Origin: Psammoneis japonica
Taxonomy: Eukaryota
Length of the DNA: 64,000 nucleotides
NCBI GenBank assembly: GCA_008632985.1
Contig: QPGO01000114.1
Coordinates: forward strand, 62,001-126,000
Direction: 5' to 3'
In this document: one piece after another, positions 1 through 12,992 of the stretch
Numbering within the stretch: the first letter of the stretch is position 1
Layout: each line of letters opens with the position of its first letter
The notes under the pieces: model-generated
The model's input: the letters and a program-made list of their open reading frames with translations, nothing else
What the model was told of the DNA's origin: nothing
Databases searched by the model: none
Translations under genes and position numbers: made by a program

Positions 1-1
1 G

Positions 2-1114
2 TTGGCCGATGAAGACTTTTTAGTGGAACTTGTTATTCTGTGTATTAGAGGGTCTCGCCCTCTAGAATCGGAACTGCTCACAAAGGAGATTGCCCTGAAA
101 GTGGTCAAAAGAGACAGTGCCAACCTTTTCTACCTATCCGAGGCTTTTCAGGGTGATCGTGGATTTGTGTTGGAAGCTGTGAAACATTCTGGGTTGGCAC
201 TCTGCGCGGCCAGCGACGCATTGAAAGTCGATCGGGAAATTGTATTCGAAGCCGTCAAGCAGGATTGGCAAGCACTCAAGCATGCCCCAGATCAATTCAA
301 GAGTGACCGAGAGATCGTTGTAGAAGCTGTGAAACAGGACAAATTCATGTTTTTGGATGACTCCTGGAAGATGAACCGACTCATTGTGCTAGAAGCAGTG
401 AAACGTCATGGAAATTTACTTCACAGCGCTTTGCATCCACTGAGGGCTGACCACGAGATTGTCTTGGAGGCAGTCAAATTGAACGGGACGCAACTGGCAT
501 ACGCATCGACGGAACTTCGGGCCAATGCTGACATTGTTGTGGAAGCGGTCCGTCAAAATGGGAACGCTCTTGAGTTTGCTGCGGAGCGTCTGAGAGGCAG
601 CCGAGATGTTGTTTTGTCTGCTGTCCAGAATGAGGGTGAGGCAATCAAATATGCCCTCGATCCGGCTCGACTTGATCCTCATGTGCTTGCCGCCACTATC
701 CGGTCGTCCGAACGCTTCACGCTTCCGAAAGAAACCGAACGACTGCTTTCGACCGTCATTGCTGGTATTCGGTGGCAGCATCATGTCGGGGGTGGGGGAA
801 GAGCCGTCAGTTTCCACGATGCGGCCTACGAAAACGAAGGAACCGCTGCTAGAAAGTACGCAGAACAAGTGTGGAAGCATGGCCTCTACAAAAAAATCTG
901 GTCATTGAAGCAGAGAGTCCGAAATACAGGAGTGGATGACTACATTACGGGATCTATCCTGGAGTGTGCAGTCAAGGAAGAGTTTCACCTTGCCAATGAG
1001 CTCGTTCGTCTTTCTCCTATTTTTGCGGCGTTCGCGCACCGAGGAATCAACTGGGACGGGATTCTCTTTGCGTTGGAGATGCTCGAGGAAGGTGTGTTCT
1101 ATGTTCGATTATAA
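2..1114 (+). CDS. DUF4116-repeat protein (5' end probably outside window)
   Basis: Repeated 'D(R/H)EIVLEAVKQxGxAL.YA...L' units (DRGFVLEAVKHSGLAL, DREIVFEAVKQDWQAL, DHEIVLEAVKLNGTQLAYAS). Open from the window edge to TAA at 1112-1114. Confidence 0.8.
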   Translation: MADEDFLVELVILCIRGSRPLESELLTKEIALKVVKRDSANLFYLSEAFQGDRGFVLEAVKHSGLALCAASDALKVDREIVFEAVKQDWQALKHAPDQFKSDREIVVEAVKQDKFMFLDDSWKMNRLIVLEAVKRHGNLLHSALHPLRADHEIVLEAVKLNGTQLAYASTELRANADIVVEAVRQNGNALEFAAERLRGSRDVVLSAVQNEGEAIKYALDPARLDPHVLAATIRSSERFTLPKETERLLSTVIAGIRWQHHVGGGGRAVSFHDAAYENEGTAARKYAEQVWKHGLYKKIWSLKQRVRNTGVDDYITGSILECAVKEEFHLANELVRLSPIFAAFAHRGINWDGILFALEMLEEGVFYVRL

Positions 1115-1479
1115 TGGAACAGCAGAAGTGGACGCCAGATCGTATGTGCAAGCGTCCACCGGGTTTGCCCAGGGGATGAATTGGTCATTGTATTTTTTTT
1201 CAACAAGACATTGATCATCAGGAAACCATAAGAAAGAGCATTTTGGGTAATTTATAGATTATACAATAAAGGCCAAAATATGGCGACACTACTCATTCAG
1301 TAGTAGGTACCGGTAGCACCATTTCCAGGTACTGTAGCACCATTTCCAGGGAGCAGGGAGCGACGAGTTCACCATCCATAACCCTGAAATTCGGCCCCGC
1401 CGAAAAAGTACAGAATCAGCTCCCCTGGAAGCTCATGATTTCGATGATAATATCCAAATCGCCCTCAAGAAACTTGATT

Positions 1480-3000
1480 TATTGATTCAATGGTGGCGAC
1501 CACTTGGGGGGCAAGACAGCTCGTCGAAGCAAGCGTAAAAATAAGTCAAGCTGGTCGTCGTGCGCGAGAGCATTGGAATGTATCAAGTGCGGAGCTCGTC
1601 GGCCTTCCACTCGACTCGACTGTGTCTGTACTACCGCATTGTCCGGCTCGTCAAAGCATTTGACAATCTCTGTCAGGTTCAGACCTTCCGTGCCTTTTTC
1701 TAACTCATCTTTGCACCGGATCACGGCCGGGATTGAACATAACACACGCGAACATAGGAAGAACAGGGTCCAACAAACACTCGCTTGCAACGAAGCCACC
1801 CATAAGAATTCCCCAAGTCTTCAAGGGAACTTTGGGCATACACGGCACCTCCAGTCTGCGAGACCAAGCCAAGAAATGACGACGCTTGCTGCGACGTCGT
1901 GTCGGAGGCTGGTTCAATACCGGGTCTGTACACCACGAGTTGCGATGGGTACTAGCCCCAGAAAGTCCTGCCACATTCTGTAGGAGCGGGCTCAAATCAA
2001 CTTTGTTCTTGTTATTAGCAAGGTCATGCTCGTCACGGGACCTTGGAGCATGTACCTTAACAAGTTTGTCCAATACGCTGCATTTCGTGTCACGGACAAG
2101 AACCAGTTAGAAACAAAAATGAGAAGTGAAAGAAAGGGGAGGCTAGCTAGCCGTGACATGACTCACCCCAGACCCACCCGTTAGCCGTTAGGCATCGAAT
2201 CGACAGTAGTCAAGAACCCCATGAGAATGACTGAAAGAATGATGTTAATCCAGCTTTTCCGTTCGTTTGCGCTTTTTTCGTTTGGGTCGCCAAAGCACAC
2301 AGCTGTCCAGGACTCATAATGACAAAGTTTGCAATGAAAGTTACCAACAAGAAGTAACCTTCTCGATTCCCATCGCGATCAACGACAACGAAATAGTAAA
2401 ACGACACAAAACATAAGGCATGCGTTCAACATGTGGAAAGAAATATCCGCCAATGACATGCCAAGCCCATACGACACGAGAATCTAGAATATACCGGTAT
2501 GCCGGACACAGTTTTTCTGTAAAGGACAGCTCGGTCTTCCACAAGAGGAATTGCCCCCGCTGCAATGGAATGACAAGGATGAACACAAAGAAGAAAACAG
2601 CTCCCATGAAGGACACCGCTCCCGAACCGCTATCTGTCTTATTGCCAAAGAAGAGGATCCTGACGGCTCAGGCACCGGGAGACAACATTACTTCGTGCAT
2701 CCATTCGCGCAGGCACATTGACGACCCAACGCAACAAATTACCGTAGGCGCATGAATGAATTGCCAAAAAGATTGAACAAAAGGCACAACGTGAGCACTA
2801 GAAAAGGGCGAAGCGCTCCTCCATACTTGTTCCTCGAGAGTTCTTCATGTTTACTTGGGTTTCGCCATTGAGTGATGATGTGTCGTTTGAAGAGAAAATA
2901 GCACCTCCATGATTGGGCTAATAGCACGCCGCACGCCCGGTGTCGCGGAGCTCGATATTCGTCTTATCTATCCCGATAGCGTCTTCAATCCGCTTTGCTA
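1480..3000 (-). pseudogene. ABCG-type ABC transporter, C-terminal membrane domain, frameshifted
   Basis: Motifs recovered across frames: KRHIITQWRNP, MGAVFFFVFI, PLVEDRAVLYRKTVSG, LADISFHMLNA, GYFLLVTFIANFVIMS, ILSVILMGFL, AYWTNLLRYMLQG. GT donor near 2166. Several frameshifts; boundaries approximate. Confidence 0.7.
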
Positions 3001-3816
3001 TTTCGTCCTCCTGAGTCGACGTTTCGAACGCAGCGACTGAAGTATCAATCGAGACAGAAGTGAGGCACTTCAAACCAGTATTCTACTTCCTTCAATTTTT
3101 GCCCGCGGGCGAGACGCTGTCCCAGGTGGTATGTTCACACCTAAATAGTAGTTGTCGGCGATGATTTTTTCTCCCGCGGGTGAGACGCATATTGATGCTG
3201 CTTGGGATTGTCGCTCCGTTATCCATACGTTCTTATCGTAAGGTACTTTTCCCCAGGACGCACCCTTGACCTTACGGTAAGTATCGTTTACTCGACTCCT
3301 CACTCTCGATAGGACTTTTGTACTGTAGGTCTTGTTCCTTTGCGCGAGAATCATCAAGGCTAGACTATGCAGTAGTTGCCAGAGCGCTCTAGAGAGTAGA
3401 CAAGAGCATCATGTATGCAATCCTAATAGATTCGAAATTGAAATCCGAGATTGTACCGGTACCATAGTCTCTAGCTACTAGAGAGAGAGTGCGCGTGGCG
3501 CGTCGACGAAGCTCGCTATCATCGCACATGATTCCCTCGTCATGAATACTCTCTAGACTATCGCACCTCTTTTGTATCTGAAATCCGTTCTTGCCCTTTC
3601 CATGAAGAATGACGAACATAACATATTAGAATAACATTCAGAGATCCTACGATTGCGTCTAACGCTGTACACGAGAATTGAAAAGCTACAGCTGAGTAAG
3701 CTAGTAGAGAGAGAAATTACAATATTCTTTCACGATGTAATCCTCTAGTAGCCCTAGCTAGAGATTAACAATTTTAATCCTAGAAATAGTGCCGTCAGCA
3801 AACGAGTCTCGCCATC

Positions 3817-4288
3817 CTAATCCATCTTGCCCTTGCCGGTATACAATCGGTAATGTCCAACGCACAACTGGATCGTTCCCACCGCCACGAGACCGGCACC
3901 CACCAAGGCTACCCCCATGTCACCGGGTTGCTTGAGCCACGTGGGGTTCTTCTCACCCTGGCAGACACCACCCGCCATTTGAATCTTTTTGATTTCCATC
4001 ACCTAAAGAATTGAATTACAAAAGAGTGAGACGCTCATTGAGCACAACAACAACTCGACCTTATTATCACCGCATCGCCCATTTTCACCGTGCGTTTGCG
4101 TGCCGTGTCGGTACAAAAACACTGTACAAATCTACGCAGCAGCAATAACGACAACCGAATATACATACCTTGTCGGGATAATTGGTAAGGTAATCAATGA
4201 TTCCACGGCGTTGCTGATGTTGTACATTACCACGTCGTGCCACCGTGAGTGCAGCACGAGACGCGACCGTCTTGGTAGGGAGCATCAT
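3817..4288 (-). CDS. Small mitochondrial protein, cytochrome c oxidase subunit VIIa-like (2 exons: 4288-4169, 4002-3817)
   Basis: Arg/Ala-rich presequence MMLPTKTVASRAALTVARRG. Phase-0 GT-AG intron 4168-4003. 'KKIQ...PTWLKQPGD' followed by one TM helix and C-terminal GKGK. Confidence 0.7.
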
Positions 4289-4924
4289 GGTTGCGACGTG
4301 TGTTGCGTGTGTCTCGGCCCGGAATGCGAATTTTCGCCGACGGATGAGATTGTGTAGAGAATTGAACGAGTTGTATCGTACTGGTGTTTCCACTGGATTA
4401 GCTCGCATTTTCGTTTTGGTACGGTACGACGTTCCAGTACAAAAGTCTGCTTCAACCATCGAGGGAGCTCCAAGCGACGATGTCGAGACCTCAATGTGAA
4501 ATATACATTTTCTGTGCGTGTCAAGCCGGCAAAAGCGTTCCTCGTAGATTTCTACGTGCTTTCCGTACATCGAAAAAAGAATGCCCGTTCATAATTGAAT
4601 CTCAACATGATGACGTAACCTTCTTTCAAAATGACTCGGTCCCTAGCTATTAAAATTTCTCGTCATAAGTGTATGATAAGTTACACCTAATTCTGTAAAA
4701 GCTAAGGAAATGTAGCCTCGTTTACACGATTGTTTTTGTACGAGTGCCTACGTGCGGAGAAACGTGAAGCACTTTGTGCCAGAGGGCGGAAGTTTATGTA
4801 CCGGTAGCATCAGAGCAGCAACACTGCTTGTGTTGTGTTTGTTGTCATTTACGCAGGAGTCAGTCTCTTTATTTTACAACATTTGCGATTAACTCTATTG
4901 ATATTGAAACGAATATCGACCAAG

Positions 4925-7900
4925 ATGAACTGGACGGAACGAAAAAGCAGTCGTCCACGGGCAGCCGTCGCATGGTGTTGTATGTGCGTGTTTGCTTGCC
5001 TGATTCGCTTCAATGCTGCACAGACACTGGGTGACGCTGAAAATTGCACATGCGATGAAAATGGTGCCGCACTTCCCTTTTCAGGAGTCACCATTAATGT
5101 ATTGGGCCGTAGCTTTGGAGATGCCTATTTCAAGTCAAAAGTTGCCGAGTGGGAGCAGATTTCTGGGGCCAAGGTGAACATACCGTATGTTGCCACGAGC
5201 GGATCTGAGCTGAATGCGCTGACTTATGAAGACATGCAGACGGGGGCTAACTTTTACGACGGATACATTGCCACCAATCAGAATGTGCCGACCCTGGCGC
5301 ATTCGGAGATGGACCAGGAGTCATGGATTCTCAAGCTGGACACCTTGGTGAAAGAGAGTGATAATGACTCACTCGACTGGCCTGGAATTCATGGTATTTT
5401 TCGCGAGTACTTGTGCCTGTACAATGAGAATATCTACACTCTTCCCTTTGATGGAGATCAGTTCTTTTTGTATTACCGCCGAGACTTGCAACAACGAGAT
5501 GGATGGGAAGTTCCCAAGACGTGGGACGAACTTATCGAAGTTGCAGAGCTATACGAGAATGAAGATCTCAACGGTGATGGTGTCCCGGATTATGCCATGT
5601 GCCAGCCCAACCGAGGTGATTTAGCCTTTTATTCTCTGTATTCCCCCCTTATCAGTTTACTACAGACGCATCCCAAGGGTGACACTGCCGTCCGGAAGCG
5701 GATTTTCCCCAAGCGCCACGGGGTCTTTTTTGACCTTAAGGAGGATGGACTGGCTCCGCTCGTCAACAATGCGGCCATGCGACGTGTCCTTCCTTTGATG
5801 AAGCGTATCTACGAGCTTGGTCAGAGCGATGACATTGATCTGTGCTGCAGTACCAAGGATGAAGGTGCCGAGAGGAATTCTGGGCACGGCCTCTTTCGCA
5901 CCGGAAGATGCGCCTTTTACTTTAGCTTCCCTTCGGTGGGAACCAACTCGATTGTCGAAACGACCAACGAATTGAACGAGACCACGTTTCCCTACCAACA
6001 TGGACGCATGGGCACGGCCGAACTACCAGGATGGACGGACTACCTGGACCGCGACACGGACACACTCAAGCCTTGCGATTCGGCCGAATGCCCCGCCGCT
6101 GTGCCTCTTGCCAACGATACGAGTCGGTATCTGAATCGTGCAAGTTGGTTTGCCAATGGAGGCATGGGCAGTGTGATTAATGCCCGGACCACTAAGGTTA
6201 AGCAAGAAGCGACGTTTTCGCTCTTTGCTTACTTTTCCAAGAACCTCGAGACCACGCAAGCGGGAGTGCCATACAATCCTTTTCGTGATCCGGAGCATTT
6301 CAATGTTACCAAGTACTATGAAGCGGGATGGAACGAAATCGATGCTAATCAATACGTTGATACTGCCAAGGTATCTCTGGAGAACAAGAACGCGGCTATG
6401 GACCTGCGAGTTCCCTATGTCATCAAGGGGAACAACAACAGCCGCGGATTCTTCCTTTCCTATTCGCATCACTTCAACGAGTACTACCGCGACCCGTCTT
6501 CGTCCACCGATAGAGTGATTCGCAATCTCGATGCAGAAATAAAGGACTGGATTGCCGTTCACGACACACGGGTCGCCTCCTCAGATGCATACTGGACTGG
6601 GACGATTGAACAAATCTACCGGCGCAGCATGAGCATACCACTACGAGCACCACCAAACGAGCAAAATTATGCGTCCATTGAAGAAGTTCGTTGGGTTGGA
6701 TGGACTTTTGCGATTATCATTATCCTTGTTTCGCTTGTGTTTGGAATTTGGATTTATGCCAAGAGGAGTAGTCGAGTTGTGCGGGCGTCTCAGCCGATTT
6801 TCCTCATTATGATTGCTACAGGAACCCTGGTAATGGTACGTTTTGATCTGCAGTTCCGTTTCCTGTTTTGCTCTGTGTGCATCATGCTAATATGAGTTCG
6901 CTGTGCGTCTTTCAGGGTTCTGCCCTATTTCCATTGGGCATTGATGATACCATTGCCTCCTTTCGGGGTTGCGATATCGCGTGCATGGCGTGGCCATGGT
7001 TACTTGCCTGTGGCTTTACCATTTCATTTTCGGCACTCTTTAGCAAGCAGTGGCGCATCAACAAGATCTTCCACAATGCGCGCTTCAAGAGAATAAAGGT
7101 GACCGTGGTGGACGTTATTGTCCCGTTTCTCTCCATGATGTCCCTTAACGTCATTTTTCTGACGGCGTGGACTATTGTTGATCCACTCAGGTGGGAGATT
7201 GTTCAAGAGGACTTGTTAAACTCATACGGACGATGTGCTCCCGAAGGGAACGGCACCGCGGCTGCTGTGTTTATGGCACTCATTGCCGCGGTTAACATTA
7301 GTGCATTGGTGCTTGCCAATGTGCAGGCTTACCGTGCGCGCATGATTAGCGATGAGTTTAGCGAGAGCAAGTATATTGGCCTTTCGATGTTTGCCATGAT
7401 GGAGGTGCTTTTATTTGCTGTACCGATATCTTTCCTCGTTTATGACACCCCGTCAGCGAGATTCATGGTATTCACGGGAATTGTTTTCGCGATTACCATG
7501 TCGCTGCTCTTGCTTATTTTCGTTCCGAAGCTCAAGCTCGTTCGAAAGTTTGCCAATGCACACCCGAGTGGATCATCGACACAACGCAATATCCAGCTTG
7601 CTCGGCGCCAGAGTTATGGGGATAGGGGAATTGCAATCACGACGGTGAGTATCTACAATGCGATGCAAAACGAACCACCCGGAACTCATGCCTCACTGCC
7701 TCGTTTGTTGATCCCATGCTGATATTATTTAGGCAACTGTCACGGAAAAATCCGATGACTATAGGGAAAAACTGACAATACTGAAAAAAGCACTTGAAAG
7801 CGATGGCATTGATACCTATAGTTTCTACAAGAAGGCAGGGTTGGAGACAGAGGTTGATTTTGATTTAATGAATTCGAGGGCTCACGAAGAACGTGTTGCT

Positions 7901-8086
7901 AATGTGACCTTTGCTCGAGATAGCAGTGTTAGCTTTGCTGAAGAGGACAATGTCGTGGCTGAAGCGGCAGCAAAGAAGTTTGGTTCAACAGAAATGCATC
8001 CTGTCAAAGAGGCTCATAATGGCGTTGCTAATCCCGAGCAGAATCCAGAAGAAAAGCCACCTTCGGCTGCCGAGGAAAACGTATGA
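4925..8086 (+). CDS. Class C (7tm_3, GABA-B-like) GPCR with bacterial-type extracellular solute-binding ectodomain (introns ~6836-6915, ~7645-7732)
   Basis: Signal peptide. SBP motif 'IYTLPFDGDQFFLYYRRDL...VPKTWDELIEVA'. 7tm_3 motifs 'VVRASQPIFL', 'LFSKQWRINKIF', 'FSESKYIG', 'LLLIFVPK'. Both GT-AG introns restore frame. Confidence 0.88.
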
Positions 8087-8313
8087 GAAAGGACATCTCT
8101 GACGGAGAGCATGAAGCCTGCCAGCCACGCCTTCTCCTCTAGCGAACTGCCAAAATTTATCTGCTTGCAGATCGGGGGGCGGATGGCAAGCGAGAATGAT
8201 GAGTTGTCGGTGTCAGCGCCATAACCGAAAACCATGTACGCCGTGAACGTTCTGTCACAATTGATAGATACCCGTTTTATGTACTAGTTATTTTTGTTAA
8301 GTTATCTCCAGTT

Positions 8314-10917
8314 TTATCGACGCCTCCTTGTCGTTGCCTTCGTCATACTGTTCGCAGCTAGCAATTGTTGCAATGACCTTTCGAGATCTTCTCTTTTGGA
8401 GGTCTCTGCCCGAAGTGCAGCAGCCATGCGACGAAATCGGTGGTCCATAACTGCCAAGTCATATTTAACATCGTGCGGAAGGAACTTTTCGTCGATATCT
8501 TCCTTGTTTGCCGAGTAGTACTCACGCTCAAGAATGTGCCAAGGGGTGTAAGTGACGGGGCGGAAAGAGTTGATAGGAGCCAACAAGTCAGGCCGTCTGG
8601 GCTCGCCATCCTTCTTGGTTTTCGTCATGGCTTCCATGTGGCGGTAAAGCAAATACCACAAGAAGAATGCCCAAGCAGTGACAATACTCCCAAAAAGGAG
8701 AAAAGGCAACTCGAAGAACACACCAAAGAGAACGGGCCCTAGAAACCCCGTCAGCATGTTGCCAAGCCTTCGTAACCACTGACCAATGCCCTGATATTTT
8801 GAAAATTTGTTTGCCGGTATCGACGTGGCAATAAGTTCGTTCAGGAATGTCACCGACAAGTCGTTGATAGACGACATTATCATTTGAAACACGATGGCAA
8901 CAGCATATTCATCAGCGGCGAAGCCCATGCAAGAAACTCCGAGAACGATTAGTACAATAGGCACGTGCAGAGGCCGGGAGAGCAGTACCGTAAAAAAACC
9001 GGCATCCTTGCCTTCTGGGTCAACTTCAAAGTTGCTCAAGCGCTTGTTGAAAACACCCAAGACAAAGATGACAAGGGCCCCAAGTCCCTCCCCTATGCCT
9101 AGTAACAGCCCTACCGTGCCAGTGTCTACACCAAATTTCTCGGTATACAAAAGAAGCGCAGTCGACAGAAAGGTTCCGATGCACAATGCCATAACGGCTT
9201 GCGTCAGAACAACGACCTTCATGTACGGCCAAACAACACGGACGGCGGTGAGCCGTGCCGATCCAAACAAAGAGAGAAACACGCGGGGCGCCAGGTACGC
9301 CACAAACTCCCTCTCTGACACGTATCCGTCTCTATCGGTATCCATAATGAGCAGGGCGACCTTCGCAAAGTCTAGGTCGTTGAGGCCGCCTCTACGTGAA
9401 GTTTGAGCACTCTTGTTGAGGCTTTGGAACTGCGTCAGCATCTTATTTAGAGGGGCAGACGCAATAATGCTTTGTCTGTGTCGTTGCCGTGGCATGGATG
9501 GCGCTCTTCCCAAACCATTTTCTTCCTTCCTGATCTCTACCGGTCGTGGAAGCACGCTGGGATTATCAAAGAAGGCGCGATGGAGCTTTTTGAGAGACTC
9601 AGTCAATATGGCGTCTTTTCTCGCATCTCGGTACGCGTCAACCAAGCCCGGTTCTTCCACTCCCAAATGCATGGACGTTCTATGCGTTTCTCTCTCTATG
9701 ACATGCATGGCCTGTATTCTATAACCGATAGATCGTAGCAACTGCCTGCCACTGTAACCAAGGCGTTGCGTGTCTTCTTCCCAGTCTTGGTGTCCACAAA
9801 AAAATACAAATGTCCCCATGAGTTGTGCTACTTGACACCCTACCCCCGTCACGGCGACGGCTTGAAAGCCGTATTGCGTGTACAAATTTCCACCCAAAAT
9901 ATAAGCGACAAACGACCCAGCTGACACTGCCGCATACTGTGATCGGAGCCGGCTTGCCAAGACGCCCGAATCTGCCACGTGAGCCGGAGATTCAAATTGC
10001 GTTTCAGTAATAAGTGCAGTTTGCAGATTGACAATCACTTCGCCAAGGCCGACACCACAAAGTGCCAAGAGAGGCCACACGCCTTCTGCAATCGAAAATT
10101 CAACATTGACACTTAAAAATACCCAACCAGCAAGTCCGCAGAGAACCAAAGGTAGCTGCAGTCGAGTTATCGGGCTCTCGCCACCAAAGTAACTAATCAT
10201 GGCATTGGCTATCGCTCGACAGGTCTGGTAGGCACCCAACACAATACCAGCCTGCGTAAGGCTACCGCCCTTTTCTTCTACCACTTCGAGTGATACGCTG
10301 ATAAAAGGAAGCCGGGTGGAGACCGAGTAAAAGAGTGGCAGCACCCATGTCAGTATGAATAATGTAAAATGTTGAAATTTTGTTCGCTCTCTCCGTGAAA
10401 ACAAGAGCGAATAAAGCTTTTCCCGGTCTAGATTGTCCGTGTCTTCTCCAGCCGCATCGACAATGAGTCTTCCAAATTTCCGATCTCCAATGACTTTGAG
10501 GCCGTTCACAAGATCATCTGTTGACAGAGTTCCTGTATTGTCGACATCAAGGTACTTGAACAGAGTATCAACTGTTTCCCATTCCTGAGAAAGGCGTTCT
10601 GTGCTGACTCTTCTCATCTTTCTTCGCTTGGTCTGATCCTGTTGTTGTGGCTCCACTTCTTCTTTCTCTTCCTCTTCTACTTCCTCTGCAAATTCTTCTG
10701 GAATTGCATGAGTTACCCCACTCTCCAACAAGTTCATCTTGCTGGTTTCTTCGTCAACATCGCTTACGCTTACATCTTCCCAGTCTTCTGTAATTGACTC
10801 CACGGCAATCGACGAAAACGCCACGGACTGACGTAGTCGGCTTCGGTTTAATCGTTGCCGATGGCTATTGTTGTTGTTGCTGCTACTACTGCTGCTTTGT
10901 GTTGATCGTCTCTGCAT
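8314..10917 (-). CDS. Major facilitator superfamily transporter with EF-hands
   Basis: 867-aa ORF with two hydrophobic multi-TM bundles. EF-hand loops DVDNTGTLSTDDL (N-terminal) and DTDRDGYVSEREF (central loop). Confidence 0.8.
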   Translation of the reverse strand: MQRRSTQSSSSSSNNNNSHRQRLNRSRLRQSVAFSSIAVESITEDWEDVSVSDVDEETSKMNLLESGVTHAIPEEFAEEVEEEEKEEVEPQQQDQTKRRKMRRVSTERLSQEWETVDTLFKYLDVDNTGTLSTDDLVNGLKVIGDRKFGRLIVDAAGEDTDNLDREKLYSLLFSRRERTKFQHFTLFILTWVLPLFYSVSTRLPFISVSLEVVEEKGGSLTQAGIVLGAYQTCRAIANAMISYFGGESPITRLQLPLVLCGLAGWVFLSVNVEFSIAEGVWPLLALCGVGLGEVIVNLQTALITETQFESPAHVADSGVLASRLRSQYAAVSAGSFVAYILGGNLYTQYGFQAVAVTGVGCQVAQLMGTFVFFCGHQDWEEDTQRLGYSGRQLLRSIGYRIQAMHVIERETHRTSMHLGVEEPGLVDAYRDARKDAILTESLKKLHRAFFDNPSVLPRPVEIRKEENGLGRAPSMPRQRHRQSIIASAPLNKMLTQFQSLNKSAQTSRRGGLNDLDFAKVALLIMDTDRDGYVSEREFVAYLAPRVFLSLFGSARLTAVRVVWPYMKVVVLTQAVMALCIGTFLSTALLLYTEKFGVDTGTVGLLLGIGEGLGALVIFVLGVFNKRLSNFEVDPEGKDAGFFTVLLSRPLHVPIVLIVLGVSCMGFAADEYAVAIVFQMIMSSINDLSVTFLNELIATSIPANKFSKYQGIGQWLRRLGNMLTGFLGPVLFGVFFELPFLLFGSIVTAWAFFLWYLLYRHMEAMTKTKKDGEPRRPDLLAPINSFRPVTYTPWHILEREYYSANKEDIDEKFLPHDVKYDLAVMDHRFRRMAAALRAETSKREDLERSLQQLLAANSMTKATTRRRR

Positions 10918-11486
10918 ATTATTTACAAAATTTTCTTATACCAACTCTGATCAGCAACGACACAACATTGACTTGCGCGTGTGTGTCAACAGTCGCCCTT
11001 GTCCCCCCAAAGGTCGCAATGCGGCCAAATGAACAACGATGAAGCGGAAGCAGAAACCAGACACAAAATGCCTGGTTTGGAAAATTCGTGGACGTGTCCG
11101 GTGGGTAGATAACGAGTGCCTACAACAAATGAACACCTAAGTTTATGAAGAAGTTTATAACGCCTGTTACGGACAATTCTTGGATCAACGGAAACTCTTG
11201 GGCCATGATGGTACCGTACAGTGCTGGTCCCTATGTATGTTACGTAATTCTACGTATGATACTACATACAGCACCAACATACCGGTACGGGACTGGTGTA
11301 TTGCCCGCCAAAAATTCAGTCGCGTGAATTTTTGCGCCAAAATTTCAAGGGGTCGGTCGCGCGTCGGCGGTCCGGCTGATGATGCGCGATCCCATTTTCA
11401 ATTCTCGGTTTGCATTCGTCAGCGCTTATCCTCCAGCCAAATAAAATACAGTACTGGGAGTCTATTGCAGTTCCCAGAGCTTCAAA

Positions 11487-12992
11487 ATGAAACGGATCCT
11501 GCCTTTTGTAACTGGCTTATCGTATTGTTATCTATCAACAGCTTTCGGCCCTACATTTACTTCAGAAACAACAAGAACAGCAAGTCGACAGCAATCGTTC
11601 CGGCTGAGATATCGAAACAACAACAACAATGATGAGAGTAGGGACGGCGCTCGAAGAATCCGACAACGGGGCTTGACCATTCCACTTATTGGTCCCATAC
11701 CTAATCAAGGACCTCTTTTACTGGGATCTGAGCTCTTGTTAGATCCTCCTACACCGTTGCAATGGTTGGCGTTAGAAGAAAGTGTCACGTTGTATGAGCT
11801 TTCTCTATCGGATGAAAACGTCACTGCCATTGATGCGGCGCCGATTGTGGCTATTATTGATGATGTGAGCGCGAAAAAGTACGTCTCATGGTGAATCTAT
11901 ATTGTGTGATTTTGACTCTATGAAGGGGTTTCAGTTTTAACCAACGTGCTGTTCTTTTGGTGTTTTCTCAGCCAAGACGTTGCCAATCAGAATGAGGGGA
12001 GATACGCCACAGTAGCAGCAGTGGTTGGTATTTCGTCCTCTACCACGAGTAACAAAAATCACATTGATACATCGGATGAAACCAGTTTTATGGAAAGCAT
12101 CATGGACCTTTCCGCCGATGGCTCGAAAATTAAACCCATGTCGAGTCGGATTCGTTTGATTGGCATTGGCCGCGCTCTCCTGAGTGATTTCTTTCAGCAA
12201 TTGCCAACGACGTCGAGTCATTCCAGCAGTACAGAAGAAGAAGCCGTTCCCATTGTCATGGCTGAATTTCAAATGCTGTACGATTCGTCCGAAAATGTTC
12301 ACGCCACAAATGAAAATCTAGGAAGCAAGGGTGCACCCAGTAGGTTCATGTCTCCGGTGCACGCGCTGGCAAAGGCGAATTCCGTTTCACATCGTGTCGA
12401 CTTTTTACATGAATCACGCAAACGACTCGTCAATGGTTTGCATGCCGCTAAGGCGAGGCTGCATTACATACAAGAAGAAAATGAAGAATTGATTGATCAT
12501 GATGGATTGGGATTGTTGTTTGGCTACAATGATGCGGATGAGTTCGAAATGGAAAATGACAAAATGACGCTTGATGAATTCCTTGCGCAATTCAAAAGCG
12601 CCTTGGACGATGGCGAAATGGTGGATGAGTGCACTGTCAGCGACACGCGGTGTGCAACACTTGACAATTTTGGTCTGGGGTACGGTCCGGCGTTTTCAAC
12701 ACTAAACGACTTGACTAGAGTAGCGCTCCAGTCTCTGAAACCCTACTACAGTCGAGACATGCGGGACACGGAAGAGTACGAGTTGTACGTCAAGTCCTTT
12801 GTTGCCTTCGCATGCCTTGAGGGGTATTGTTTGCCTCAAGATGCGGCTTGGGCGCTACAATGTACCAACGGTGTCGACCGCTTGAATCGAGCGTACAACA
12901 TCATGTACCGACACATGATGGAGTTGGAAGAACTTGCAAAAGAATTTGCCTGTCGACTGAGAGATTGCGGTGATGAATGCACATATTTTTGA
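11487..12992 (+). CDS. Hypothetical, probably plastid-targeted protein (intron 11879-11971)
   Basis: Signal peptide ending in STA-FGP (ASAFAP-like), then a Ser/Thr/Arg-rich transit-like region. A GT-AG intron joins ORFs 11487 and 11946 in frame. Confidence 0.7.

Noticed and set aside
4835..6895. Bacterial contamination or a standalone ABC solute-binding protein
   Set aside because: It is joined by a GT-AG intron to a eukaryotic 7TM domain.
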